From: Octopus vulgaris
Taxonomy: Eukaryota
Length of the DNA stretch: 64,000 nucleotides
Assembly: GCA_951406725.2 (NCBI GenBank)
Contig: OX597819.1
Location: 56,544,001-56,608,000, forward strand
Direction: 5' to 3'
Below the pieces are notes generated by a model. That model did not search any database and was not told the origin of the DNA. It was given only the letters and a program-made list of their open reading frames with translations. Shown piece by piece: positions 27,215-40,227 of the stretch. Position numbers and translations under genes: made by a program. Each line of letters starts with the position of its first letter. The stretch's first letter is position 1.

Positions 27215-27566
27215 TATATAACATATATGTTAATTTTGAAAGAAAATCTGAAACTCCGCGCCTGCGCAGAGGATTTTCAAAAGTTATAACATATAAACAC
27301 GAGGCATGTTCTTTATCGCCTCGTGTCTATATGTGAGCCTTGGCCTCCTGCTGAAGAGGCAACACCAGTTGTAAATTAAAAATATTTTATTGTATTTACA
27401 TAAGATTGCCGAAACTATGCATAGTCCAGGAAAGATAGCGTAAATGCTTTCTATTTTTCATTCCCTTTCAGATTTGCAACTATTAGTGGCTTGGTGTTTT
27501 AACTGCTTTTTCTAGTGAGTCAGATGTCCTATTATGGTCATCTCTTATGTGTTTAAATGTACACTG

Positions 27567-27572
<6 letters not shown>
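27215..27572 (+). mobile_element. ~350-bp non-coding hammerhead-containing element (solo pLTR / retrozyme-like)
   Basis: Contains the intact hammerhead, an upstream 9-bp hairpin (27297-27326) and CTGCGCAG, and ends at (TA)n. Boundaries approximate. Confidence 0.6.
27346..27431 (+). ncRNA. Type I hammerhead ribozyme, intact
   Basis: Stem I UCCUG/CAGGA, core CUGAAGA, stem II GGCAA..UUGCC with inner UGUAAAU/AUUUACA, GAAA, palindromic stem III ACUA-UGCA-UAGU, GUC triplet (cut after 27426). Confidence 0.9.
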
Positions 27573-27612
<40 letters not shown>

Positions 27613-27758
27613 ATATGTATACATTAGTGAACTAATGATACAAAATCAGGACCTTATATTCATGTTATCATACAAACAAACACACGCACGCACACGTGAG
27701 TTTAGGCGAAAATACATATGACCTTCCCTCCCTCCCTCTCTCCCTCTCTCTCTCCCGC

Positions 27759-27794
<36 letters not shown>

Positions 27795-27975
27795 CAGAGT
27801 AAATAAATAGTATATAATTATGTACTAATTATATACTCTTTATTTATTATTTCGTACATTATTTAGTTCTAGGTAAATGTTTTATCGTATCTTTAAGGTT
27901 TTTTCTATATGGTATGATTTAAGTATTTCATTGTTGAATTGCTACATGGTGGTTCTTCTCTAATTTATATACATG

Positions 27976-28019
<44 letters not shown>

Positions 28020-28359
28020 GCAAACACACACACACACACATGTACAGTAGAATTAGAAAGAGAAGTTATCCTTGTTCAACAAAAAAGTACTCCATCTGGT
28101 GAAAGATAAATATTGTTTAAGAAAGCAGAGTATTTTCTTTTACGAGCTGTCAATAATTTCAAGTGAGGAAAATGACTCAGATGTTATTCTATGACACATC
28201 TGGTGCCTGAAGATTGCGTAAAGGCACTAGATGTTGTCTGAATCAGTTTCATCGCATGGAACTATTTGTAGCTCATAAAAATATATACTGTGTTTATTAA
28301 TCTGCCTGTCTGTATGTCTCTCTCACTCTCTCACCCTTTCTCTCCCTCCCCCTCTCTCT

Positions 28360-28408
<49 letters not shown>

Positions 28409-28418
28409 CATATATATA

Positions 28419-28579
28419 GGCGCAGGAGTGTCTGTATGGTAAGTGGCTTGCTTACCGACCACATGGTTCCGGGTTCAGTCCCACTGCATGGCATTTTGGA
28501 CAACTGTCTTCTACTATAGCCTCGGGCCGACCAAACCTTGTGAGTGGATTTGGTAGACGGGAACTGAAAGAAGCCCGTC

Positions 28580-28580
<1 letters not shown>
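28419..28580 (+). mobile_element. SINE family A, 5' half
   Basis: ggcgcaggagtgtctgtatggtaagtggcttgcttaccgaccacatggttccgggttcagtccc..gaaagaagcccgtcg, then (TA)n. Confidence 0.9.
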
Positions 28581-28616
<36 letters not shown>

Positions 28617-28678
28617 TAGATATAGATATATAGATATATATATATATAGATATAGATATATAGATATATATATATATA

Positions 28679-29336
28679 TGTGGTCAGGATGAAGGATTCA
28701 AGGATGCCAAAACAGCTCTTTCATGGAGAGTTAGCTAAAGGAGAACGACCTCCACATAAACCAAAAAAGAGGTATAAGAACTTGCTGAAGGCTTCCTTAA
28801 GAGTTGCTTGCATCTCTTCTGACACATGTGAGGGCATAGCTATTGATCGTAGCCGGTGGAGAAGGATTGTGCACGAAGGGACAGCTACTTTTGAGAAATT
28901 TCGAGTTGCACATGAGAAAGTAAGGAGATATATCAGGAAGGACATCGCTGTTACACTTCCAGATCGGAAGGGTCTTCCTATGATGCTGACATGCAGTCTC
29001 TGTGCAAGACCCTGCCTCAGTAAAGCTGGACTCAAGAGTCATCTTCGTAGTCATAAAGCAAGACAGATGAGTGACAGCCTGGCCACACACCATACTAATC
29101 ATATCTGTCAGGCATGTGGAAGAGAGTGTAATTCGGCAGGAGGACTTAAACGACATGCAAAGGTACATGAAGCCCAGTTACAACTACAGCCGGCTATTAC
29201 CGGTAAAGGTTTTAGCTGCCAATTCTGTACAAGACATTGTAGATCTCTAGCTGGGTTAAAAAGTCACATTCGATCACAGCACCACTAACAGTTAAGCTTC
29301 GTGCAATGGACTTACTCGATAACGAGGGGGCAGCCA

Positions 29337-29340
<4 letters not shown>
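28679..29340 (+). mobile_element. 5'-truncated RTE-clade LINE (3' end) inserted in (TA)n
   Basis: Translation VRMKDSRMPKQLFHGEL..GERP..KPKKRYK..DRSRWR is the typical RTE ORF2 C-terminus. Short 3' UTR with hairpin ctcg-ataa-cgag and a (TA)n tail. Confidence 0.88.
28680..29288 (+). CDS. Open C-terminal fragment of RTE ORF2 with three C2H2 zinc fingers
   Basis: CSLC-x12-HLRSH, CQAC-x12-HAKVH, CQFC-x12-HIRSQH. No stops over 202 codons. The start codon is only a truncation point. Confidence 0.7.
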   Translation: MVRMKDSRMPKQLFHGELAKGERPPHKPKKRYKNLLKASLRVACISSDTCEGIAIDRSRWRRIVHEGTATFEKFRVAHEKVRRYIRKDIAVTLPDRKGLPMMLTCSLCARPCLSKAGLKSHLRSHKARQMSDSLATHHTNHICQACGRECNSAGGLKRHAKVHEAQLQLQPAITGKGFSCQFCTRHCRSLAGLKSHIRSQHH

Positions 29341-29385
<45 letters not shown>

Positions 29386-30132
29386 AAATTCATTATGTTC
29401 TTGTAAATTCCCAACTATATATATGTGTGTGTGTGTTTGTGTGTGCGTGTGTGTGCGCGTGCACATCTGTTGCAACAGATATTTGAGCTTATGTTCTAAC
29501 TTCAACATAGAGAATGAAAATGAGGAGAAAATTAGAAAAAAAGAATAAAAAGAAAATTTAAAAGCATCAACAATTTTGATCGCAAGCTATACGGGATACC
29601 TCATCATATTGCCTTGATTTTACACATGCAATACGCTGCTTTTTACCACAAACTCCACCATCGCTACCACTACAACAACCACTGCCTTTATCATTATCGA
29701 TCACCATCCATCACCTGCACACTATTTACACTCCAGAAATCGTCAAAACGCTGCAGACGGGTTTCACGTCTCATGTCTCCCTTAATTTTTTTTTTACTTA
29801 TTTCTCATGGTTCATATTTGTCTTCTTATACCACTTGCTTAACACTTTATAATATAAATCTATGTTTTTGAATTTTCTCTCTAATTTTCCTCCCAATCAC
29901 TTTGTTCAGTTTTCATTTTATACTCCATCTTCTACAATATTGAAAAAAAAATTTCTTTGTATCTCTTTTCTTCGATTCTACACTCTTCCACATTTCCGTT
30001 TCCCACCATTTTACTTTATGGTAATGAAATACTCCAGACTCCCACAGATTTCTTACCTTTTGTTTTGCTTTTCATTTTTCTCTCATTCTGCTGCCTGCGT
30101 CTATTCTTCTCTCTTTGTTTCTGTCACCGTCT

Positions 30133-30191
30133 TTCATTCATTCATTCATACATTCATACACTCATTCATTCATTCATTCATTCATTCATTC

Positions 30192-30251
<60 letters not shown>

Positions 30252-30254
30252 CTA

Positions 30255-30317
<63 letters not shown>

Positions 30318-30325
30318 TTCACTCT

Positions 30326-30369
<44 letters not shown>

Positions 30370-30370
30370 A

Positions 30371-30405
<35 letters not shown>
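30133..30405. repeat. Compound (TCAT)n/(TC)n/(TATC)n/(TA)n microsatellite
   Basis: Direct inspection; explains the 308-aa ORF 29862-30788. Confidence 0.95.
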
Positions 30406-30410
<5 letters not shown>

Positions 30411-32880
30411 TATATAACTATCTACCTTTTTTCTGTTTTTTTTATTATAAAATTTAATCTTCTTATCGCTGATTTTGTTGTTGTTTTCTACCTTCCTTTT
30501 TTCTTTCTAATCTATTGTTCATTTGCACTCATTATTCAACTTCATGTTTTTCATTCATTCATTCTTCCTTCCTTTCTTTCTGTTGATTTTGTTTTGTCTC
30601 TCCTTATTTCTTTCTCGCCGATTGGTGAATTTTTCTTTATGTCGCAACTAGATGAAACCACTCTATTTAATCATGACATCTCATATTCTCTCTCCCTTAT
30701 ATTTATTTTATTGCCGCGAATACTTTTTCCTCTTAACTTATACTCCATCTTCTACAATATTGAAAAAAGTTTCTTTGTATCTCTTTAACTACATATGTAA
30801 TAATCAATCGGATTTTCAAACTCCATTCTGATCTGCATATCTCTCTATTTATCTATCTTCGATCCTCACTCAATGTCACTGTTAATATCTTCGCCGTATC
30901 ATTTTATCTTTCAACCGACTTGCTCTATACTTTGCATATTTTTATAAAACTATCTAGCTATTACGTAATTACTCGAATAGCTACCGACCTACATGCATTT
31001 CTGTATTCTTCTCCATATACATATCATGCATTTTAATTTTAGAGTATAGCAAGGAGAATAGCTCTTTGAAAACATACTGACTGATGGGTATTTTCCCTCG
31101 GTATTTTACAGAATTCAAACGGGTGAAAAAAACCCACCCAAAACAAAAACAAACATGAAATAATTGTGAACTTACTTCTGAGAATATCTTTAAATCGAGT
31201 TGAAAAACTGGGTGGGCTTCTGTAAAATATAGTGTGTGATTGTAAGATAATAAAATTCATTGTATTGTGGAGACGGGACATGGTCCCGAAATTCACCTGA
31301 AGTAGAATACTAATCAGTCGAACCAGTTGGTAGAAGTCTCACATAAATGAGGGTCGTCGAAAGGTAGGTCGCAGAACGGTGCGCGAAGACCTCCCTGAAA
31401 TCCACTGGTATCCGCCAGGCAGAGCTTTCACTGACCGCACTTGCACAAGCAAGCTGTTTCCACAGTCTCAATAAATGAATGCAAGAGACAAGAATGATAA
31501 ATCAATGTTAGTCTGCTTAATCAGGGCCTCGTGTGTATTTGAAAATTCTTAGCAGATACACGAGGATGTGGCAGTCTTTCTTTAAAAATTCCGAATTTTT
31601 GTTCAGATAAGTCTCAGAACGATTGAATTCTATTATTTTTTAGCTATACCAAATGAGCGCATTTTAGACTGATTAATGTATGATCAGTATCATTCTAGCA
31701 TTTTTCAGTTCTTGCGAATGAGTCTTCTAGTTGTTCTCATTCTCTTTTAAATGTTAGATGTATATCGAGAATGTTGTTGCATCTATGTTCTCTATGTGTT
31801 TGAAGAGCGATATGCGTTTACGTGCAGCTGCCGCCATAAATAAAGTCTACACGACATAGATGCTGTTCACTTTAATAGGCACGGACTCTGTTTCATATAC
31901 TATCATTTCAATATTGCATGTCCGTCCACGTGGACATGAATTCGTATTGTCTATATGTACATAGCTTCTATGAAATTATTTTACTTGTGTATTATGTGAT
32001 CTTTCATATTTGGAGTATTGCTGTTATTTGCAAATAGGCCCTGTTGAGGTGTCTGTAGCGGTGGTAAACGAGGAAATGATTACCTGTCTGGTTTACAACG
32101 TATCTGGTAATATTCTACTTAAGATCTCTAGTTTAGAACAAAAGACTTTAAAAGCACATAATCTTACTTCTATTCTGGGTATTAGAAGGCTGTATTGAAG
32201 TGGGGTAGGTGATTTTATCTTGCAACTTACAAACATTGAAAGCCATTTTGTAAGATGCTAAAATATAATTAGATGTACGTTCAGTAAGACAACTACAAGA
32301 CTCAATGATTTACTTGAAATAGATTAATTATTGTAATCTTTCTACGACTACATTCTTTAATGTCTCTTTCACTTTTAAGGCATGTGTGACAAAAGGGATA
32401 TTTGGGAGCTATTTCGAGCAGTTCAAGTGTCCAATTACATGCCTGTTGGTAACGTTGGTAAAATACAGAGAAAGGTGATCTGGAAGATCACTGTATTACT
32501 GTATTTCGCTTTGTTCCTCTCCAAGTTCATATCACAGAGACAGACTCGAATTCTACGCACCATTAATTTTGATATAATATATACTAGTAAAAATTGATTA
32601 TTGATTGAACTGAAAATCTTTCAGTATTATCAAATGTGTCAATGTTCAATGTTGCAAGAAATAATTATCAAATTATAATTAATCGTTATAGGCACAGTTT
32701 ACAAAGTGGTTAAAAAGGACGACTAGATATTTATAATTTATACTTTACAGCATATTCTAACGGGATTAAGCTAAACGCTGTTCTGTTTATCATAGAACAG
32801 CTTCTATAATTATAGTTTTAATATTAAATTTATTCATTGTTCTTCGACTAGCCTGATACTAGTCCATGAGCCACGTCGGC

Positions 32881-34645
32881 TAGCGGTACCATCTGGAGCG
32901 AATACACCTAAGTGGTATCAAAATATGTATAGGGTCACAATGAGTGTAAAACAATGTGATAACATTTTTCACTTCGGCAGCTTTGTTCTTTGCAGGTTTA
33001 TGAAATTTCACTAATACTCATACTGAAGTACTTCTGTGCGTGATGACTACAACACATATGGCATCGTTGATATATCTAGCAGAAATTCGAATGACCAGAA
33101 CAATCTCTTCGTATACCCAAACAGATTTTCCATGGATGATCTTGTAAAAAAACACCACAGACTGGATCAGGAGCTGCGAGAATAAAAGACAATTCTGTCT
33201 CAGAATTCACTACAAAGCAGCAGTGCAGCTAAGACAGCAGATAAAGAAACAAGATCTCCGTCAAACATGGCCAACAAGCAACAACCAAAATGTCATTCCT
33301 GACACTGCTACCAAATTTTTCTATTCCTTACTGACTGGGCAAAATGAGTGTACAAATACCTCAGAAAGGGTCAAGCGTCTTGTTACTTCTTTTCGAAGTG
33401 ACCTGGTGTTTGCTGTTACCTGTAGCAAAACAAACCTGAGGATACAGATCTTCTGATTTTGTACCTGGGCCCCTGCAGCAAAACCTCGTGCTCTCTGTTC
33501 CAGAAGTGTAGTACAAAGAATAGAACGAAAATGAGTCATGCACTGGGAGGTGGCATCTCTGATGCTTTGATTGACATGCATTGCAGGCTATGATACAGTC
33601 AGAGCCTTTGTTGGTCGTGGAGAGCTGACAACGTTCAAACAGAAAACATCTAACAAGACCTTCCAAGAAACCTTCCGTGAACTGGTGCGGTTTTGGAATG
33701 TATCTCCTGAACTGTTTTAAATGCTACATATGATAACCTACCAAATGTACATGCCTTCTTGCTTCAACAACTGAAGTAAATAAACTTCGATACAAGATCT
33801 TTTGCGTTAGACGTGGAGAAATTGAGTCGAGTCACCTATCTTCTTGAGAGGACTGCCTGTTCATGCATGTACTTCGTGCAAACTATACAGCAGTCATTTG
33901 GAGTAGACATCTACAGGCTCAACCATTTGTTCCAAGCCCCATCGACTGTGGTTGGATGTAAGACGAAGAGAGTGATCTCGCCAATGCTTGGATACGCAAC
34001 TTACCTGCACCGGATGCTGTTCTTCAGCTTTTGTTCTGAAAATGTGTGCGTTCCTGCAAACTACCAGCATGCAACTGCCTCAGCATTGGCTTGAGGTGCA
34101 CAGACATGTGCAAACTACTAACATGCGACTACCAAGCTCCTGAATTTTGCGACAGAGAGCCAGAATTAGAACTGACGGATTCCGAGGATAACCACGATGA
34201 CTAGCTTCATGGTATGCTGGGTACACATGGTCGATCTAAAATCTGGCTAACTTGCAGCTGCTGAACTACCAGAAAATCATTGTTGACTTGAAAACAATTG
34301 ATACAATCTTTCCCAGGGGCATTATTTGTGTGCACATGAGAAAACTGGACAGGCTTGATGCGTCATGTCTGGTTTTATGTTCAAGACATATCATGCATAT
34401 GACATTCAATTCAATTCTATATTAAGTATAAACACACATTTATTAACTTCTGATCTGTGTATCATTTCTTTGCCCTTGCAATAGTCAAAATAAAAGATGT
34501 TTGTGAAGATTTTGTTTGCGGTTTCTTATGAAGAGTATGTTTATTTATACTACCATTCTGACAAGGCTGCCATATATAAATACAACTGGATATATTGCAA
34601 ATCAAAAATTACCATGAAAATTATTTGCCCCATGTGGTACCGATA
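32881..34645 (+). mobile_element. Internally deleted AcademX-like DNA transposon remnant
   Basis: Candidate TIRs tagcggtaccatctggagcgaata (32881-32904) vs reverse complement of 34622-34645 (19/24 identical), starting TAG. XPG/FEN1-like motifs EDTDLL and AGYDTVRAFVGRG, then HVLRANY..IW..PSP..CGW and a Cys-rich tail KCVRSCKLPACNCLSIGLRCTDMC. Confidence 0.7.
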
Positions 34646-35651
34646 CAAAGATTTTGAGGTCTGGGTTCAAGGAATATTCAGTAAATTTATTGTGTATAGT
34701 CAGAAAGTGGAACAGCGTTCATAGTATTCACTATCCATTGACTTTCAATAATATTCATCGAATATGCACTCATACTACACTGGAGTCATTACTACAAGAT
34801 ACTGTGGAACATCAGTATTTCTACGTACTGTGTCTCATCACAACATGTCGAGACCAATAAATGAAGAAAGAAGGAAACCAATGGATCTAACAAGAGCCAA
34901 TATTTTCGTTGCTGACCCACGTCGAAACATCGTCGTCCCAGATCTCTTGTTCTATGACGAAAAGAACAGCGATCAGAATATTTACATTTGAATCTGGTAG
35001 ACACAATTAACAATAAATATGCAAGCCATCGCCATTATTAAAGGAAAATGTGAGCTATTGAATTAAGACGAACGATTTCAATCTAAAATATGACTGTGAT
35101 GCAGTTTGGAATTTCAATTACGAATATTTTACTTTAACACTTAAAAATATTTCAAAGGGACCGATGAATATGTAAAAATCCTTATCTTCACATTACGTTT
35201 CTGAGGTCTTCTACATGTGCAAGACAAACGGTAACAGCTATCTACAAAGAACTGCTCGAGTAAGTAACGTAATTTTGAATGTTGTTTGAAAGCATGGAAT
35301 CGAAATAAATGTTAAGGTCTACGATTTAAACCGGCATTAAGTTTATGCAAACGAAGAATACAGTTATTTGTAGATATAGTTTAGGTGTTAGATGAAATAC
35401 GAACAAATGTTGTGTAAATATAGTGTGACACTGTTGAAATAAGAGAAATACTGTTGTAAGACGAATAGCGACAGTTATCAAGAGAACACATTAATTACTT
35501 AGAGGTAATCACAAGAACATACACGCGCGCAAATGCGCATGCGAGTATACACATGCACCCACACGCATGCATACACATATATAAAGGTAAATACACATCT
35601 GTAAATACATACATACACAAACATCTATCTATCTATCTATCTATCTATCCA

Positions 35652-35708
<57 letters not shown>

Positions 35709-35743
35709 GTGTGTATATATATGTGTGTGTGTGTTTATAAATA

Positions 35744-35819
<76 letters not shown>

Positions 35820-38369
35820 AACACATATCTAAATATCGATATATATACGCACACTCTGTGTGTATTTGCGCGTGTGTGCTTGTGTTGAGACTTCCTAGAC
35901 ACAGACAAGAGAGGAATATTATTGGCATAAAATTATTAGCCTGTCAGAAATGCCTTGTTACTATTCTTTAACTACCCCCGATATAATCATATCAATGAAC
36001 AGTCAAGAAAAGACGGCGAATTTTTACTTTTGCCGTTTTCCTTATTTTTGCCCGTTAATCTGTGAATCTCTTGACAATGTACGATTTTCTTGTTAATTAC
36101 ATTATTTTGGAGCATGTTTAATTGGAGGAAATTGGCACGTACGGTTCGGAATTTTCTGTCTGATAACGAAAGTGTAATTTATTTTCGATCGATAGTTTGT
36201 CCAATACTGTATCTTTGAGGATCACAACTAACACGTGTTTCTGCAATTTCCTGACAGAACTGTTATTTTGTTGATGCTTCTCTGAAGAGTCTCAGACATT
36301 CCAAATTACTGTAACTAAGCTGTGATAGGTAATATGTCTCTTTAACAAGATCATTAAATCAGTCAATTTAAAAGAAAATTTACTACAGAAACTAGTCTTA
36401 AATGCGTTTATGTGTTCTCTTTCCTCCTTTATATCAATATCCATTACTGGCTGACAACGACCCAAATAGAACATTAACGCTGCTATGTTTTTTTCCCCAT
36501 CTATCACTACGTGTAACGTTCGAAGCAACATTAAACAAAAACAAAATTCTCTAAACATTCCTTTCTCTGTTTTATATTTGAACTTTTAGCCTCCGGTCAT
36601 CTCAATATTACATAAACTACCGCAGCTTTTCTTAATTTTCCCTCACATTTATCTCGACCACCTGCAGATCTACCACTCTATAAATTTATCAGAATCCACA
36701 TTATTCATCTTGATCTTATATTCGCGGAAAGTATTTAAAATCTATAACTGTAGCTATTACTTTCTTTATCAATGTAATAATTATCGTTTCCGAGGTTTCT
36801 TGTAATAAATAGTTCCTGTTGCTCACGTTGATAGAGTCTCGACTATTTGCAGAACAGGAGACAATTTTTATCCTGTTATTGACGTAGCGAAGTTGATTGA
36901 AAACAATTGTTTCTGACATTAAATTATTTCTCAGTGACTAAATTGGTTAATAGACTTGCCACCAACTCTTTTAATAACATACCAAGAAACTTTATCCAGT
37001 TATTTTTGTTCCTGCATATCTCTTTAACAGGAAATTAATTTCAAGTCGCGTGATAAAACATGTGTTATTATATCATAGGACAGCGGATAAAACAGAATCT
37101 TCCATCCTTTTTGTATTTAATAGTTATTTTCTCAGTCTAAGTTTATGGTTATCGGTGATCAGGTCATGACTGTACAATAAAGTGAATTACTTGCTATCTT
37201 TAAATTAAAAGTATTGAAGAAGTGAATATATTTCGAACGACTAAAAGCATCTCTAACGAAAATAATACATTGCATTCAATTAAATATGCATAAACTAGCG
37301 AATTAGTTAACTTATATCACTTGCTGATATACTTACATTCCATGACAATTTGCGAAAACACTTTCTTACACATTCTACTTGTAATTCTTTAAATTTAAAG
37401 AGAATAGTTTCCTTTTTTTTTTATTATTTTAATTCAATCGTGACTGTATCGTAATTCCAACGTACCGCCCAAGAATGTTCGTGCATTCCCAGAGCCTGTT
37501 TTAGTTTTACTTTTCACATTTCACTTCTTCGTTGTCGCTAGATGTACAGTCACGCTGGTTCAACTTAAGTTGGTGATTTAACGAAATGGCGGAATATCTT
37601 GGTTGTGACTGGAAGACAGCTTAATCGTTAATTGCGAAAAAAAATAATAATACTAGGAATTTCATTTGTGTTAACAAAATAAACTAAAGAAAGTTAATTT
37701 ATTTCATTGCAGCTTATTGTTTTTATATCCAAATGTAATTAAAATTAACGAAATAGTTAAATACTTTTGTATAGATATTTTAATTTGATAATACCAATCT
37801 TTTATAAATTACGTGTTTCCTAACAGCTTTGATAAATGTGACATCTTGTTTGTTTGTTTTCTGATTTATTATTCATTACATATGCAGTGCGTTGAAACTA
37901 GCATTAGTTTACAATTCTATTTATATTTAGAAGGACTAGATAGTATTTCATACCCTATATTTTATGTTATATTACATTATAACGTTATATATGATTCGAC
38001 AACGCATGTACCTGCATTTGACGGACTTTCATGTCGATTTCGATGTTCGAGAGCACAGTCCTTCGATTCGTTGAATGATCACACAATTTTACTGAGTATT
38101 CCTGAGACACGTGTATCCTCCAAGTCATGCTTAGGGGAAATCGGCGCAATCCTGCGTTACATCGTTGTGAATTACTAATACAGCTTAGTTTTCATTGTGC
38201 ATCCCTTGGGTTTGAGCTTGTGTTTCGTTACTTTATTTTTGTTGCACATGTTATGTTCATCTCTATGTTTTACATTTTCAGTACTTACGTTGTTGCTAAA
38301 TAACAACAACAACAACAACAACATCGAAATATACCTTAGGGATGAGAACCAAGGTTCGAAATTTCCCCA

Positions 38370-38415
38370 AGACCTGACGAAGGCTGGTGGGTATATTAGC
38401 CGAAACCTTGTGTTA
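38370..38415 (+). ncRNA. Decayed minimal hammerhead (Penelope pLTR type)
   Basis: CUGACGA-A-GGCUG..UAGCC-GAAAC-CUU. Stem III palindrome and stem I are imperfect. It lies in a ~150-bp unit between (AAC)n and the mariner. Confidence 0.55.
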
Positions 38416-38475
38416 CCAACAAACAAGATGAGGACAATTATCCGTCAATTGTAAATAATGTAAATAATGAATATA

Positions 38476-39756
38476 CGAGGGGCGTTCAATAAGTAATGCT
38501 TCTGACCCACTTGCAGTTATTTTATCTAGCTGAAATTTTGCATGTACAATTATTTATATCTTTATAGATTAAGTGGCAAATTGCAGCTCTGAACTAATTT
38601 ACAGGTGTTTGAACTGAGTCAAGTGTGAAATGGAGCCTGTTGAGTGTCGAGCAGTGATCCGGTTTTTGTATTTGAAAGAACGCATACCACGGGAGACTTT
38701 TGATGAAATGAAAGTAACTTATGGTGATGATGCCCCATCATGTAACCTTGTAAAACGCTGGCATCGTGAATTGAAACATGGTCGGAACTCTGTGGAAACA
38801 GCTCCCAGATCTGGTCGCCCCCTTCTGCCATTGATGAGGCATCTGTCCGTCATGTTGAGGTTGCCATTTTGGAAGATCGACGCACAACTATTCGCCAAAT
38901 AGCCCATGAGGTCAAGATTAGTACCGGGTCTGTGGAAACTATCATTCATGACCATTTGCATATACAAAAGCTGCCTGCCAGATGGATTCGCAGGTTGCTC
39001 ACATCTTTCCAGAAGCAAGAACGTGACGATTGCTCGAGGATGAATTTGGAGATGTGCCAAGAAGATGAGTCAAAATTTTTCAAAAGACTGATTACACAGG
39101 ATGAAACCTGGGTCCATCACTATGATCCAGAGACCAAAGCCCAGTCAATGCAGTGGACACACCGTGACTCACCTCCTCCAAAGAAGGCAAGGGTGCAGCC
39201 CTCTGCTGGCAAGGTCATGCTCACAGTCTTCTGGGACCAGGACGGAGTAGTGATGACAGATTTCCTGGCAAATGGTGCCACAATTACAGGAGCCTATTAT
39301 GATTCACTTTTGAGGAAATTAAGAGAAGCTATCAAAATCAAGAGGCGGGGCAAGATCAGCAAAGGCATCCTCCTCTTGCAGGACAATTCTCCGGTTCACA
39401 ACTCGCGTGTCACCAGATCAGAAGCACAGGCGTGCAGCTATGAACTCATCTCCCATCCCCCTACTCTCCTGCCCTTGTACCCTCTGATTTTCACCTCTTC
39501 CCAGCCATGAAGTTGTTTTTGAAAGGAAAGCGTTTTCCAGATGATGCAGCCTTGATTTCTAAAGTCATGTCGTGGTTGGAGGACCAAGCTGGGGTCTTCT
39601 ACAAAAACGGTCTTCAGAGCTGCATCAAACGATGTGAGAAATGCTGCGTAACTCTGGGTGGTTCCTAGGTAGAAAAAGACTAATAACTGTGCCAAGTTTC
39701 GTTGCTCTACTGCTATGAGAAGTGGATCAGGGGCATTACTTATTGTTCGCCCCTCG
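38476..39756 (+). mobile_element. Full-length mariner (DD34D) transposon, inactive
   Basis: TIRs cgaggggcgttcaataagtaatgc..tgacccactt / aagtggatcaggggcattacttattgttcgcccctcg, TA on both sides, 1281 bp long. Confidence 0.95.
38630..39685 (+). pseudogene. Mariner transposase with at least two frameshifts
   Basis: HTH region ending PRSGRP, then ITQDETWVHHYDPE, KVMLTVFWD, LLQDNSPVH, and HPPYSPALVPSDFHLF across a frameshift. Confidence 0.92.
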
Positions 39757-40196
39757 TATGATTGTCAAAAACAATACGAAGCGAAATGTCCATTAATACG
39801 TTATTGTGTGTATAGTATACATGACACCCACTTATTTCAGTAGAGGAATTAGTTTACTGATAGTTGCAGAATAACTAACTAGCGAAAATTTTAAGAGAGA
39901 CAATATAAAGAGCTGCAATTAAAATACCTCGATATACGTTTGTGTCGTTATCTTCCTAAACATATAGCTATAAATTAATTCTAAAAATGACAGGTCATGT
40001 TTACAAGTAAGTTGTTGTCAGTTAGACATAACGTTTAGTAATGTAAAAGCTATTACAATATTATCATTTCCTCGGAGACAGATGCTAGAATTACGTTCGT
40101 GCTACCGAGAATGAATCAGTTTATAAGACGGATACATATGCAACTGATTCTATATGATAACATATATATATATGTGTGTGTGTGTGTGTCCCCGCG

Positions 40197-40227
<31 letters not shown>

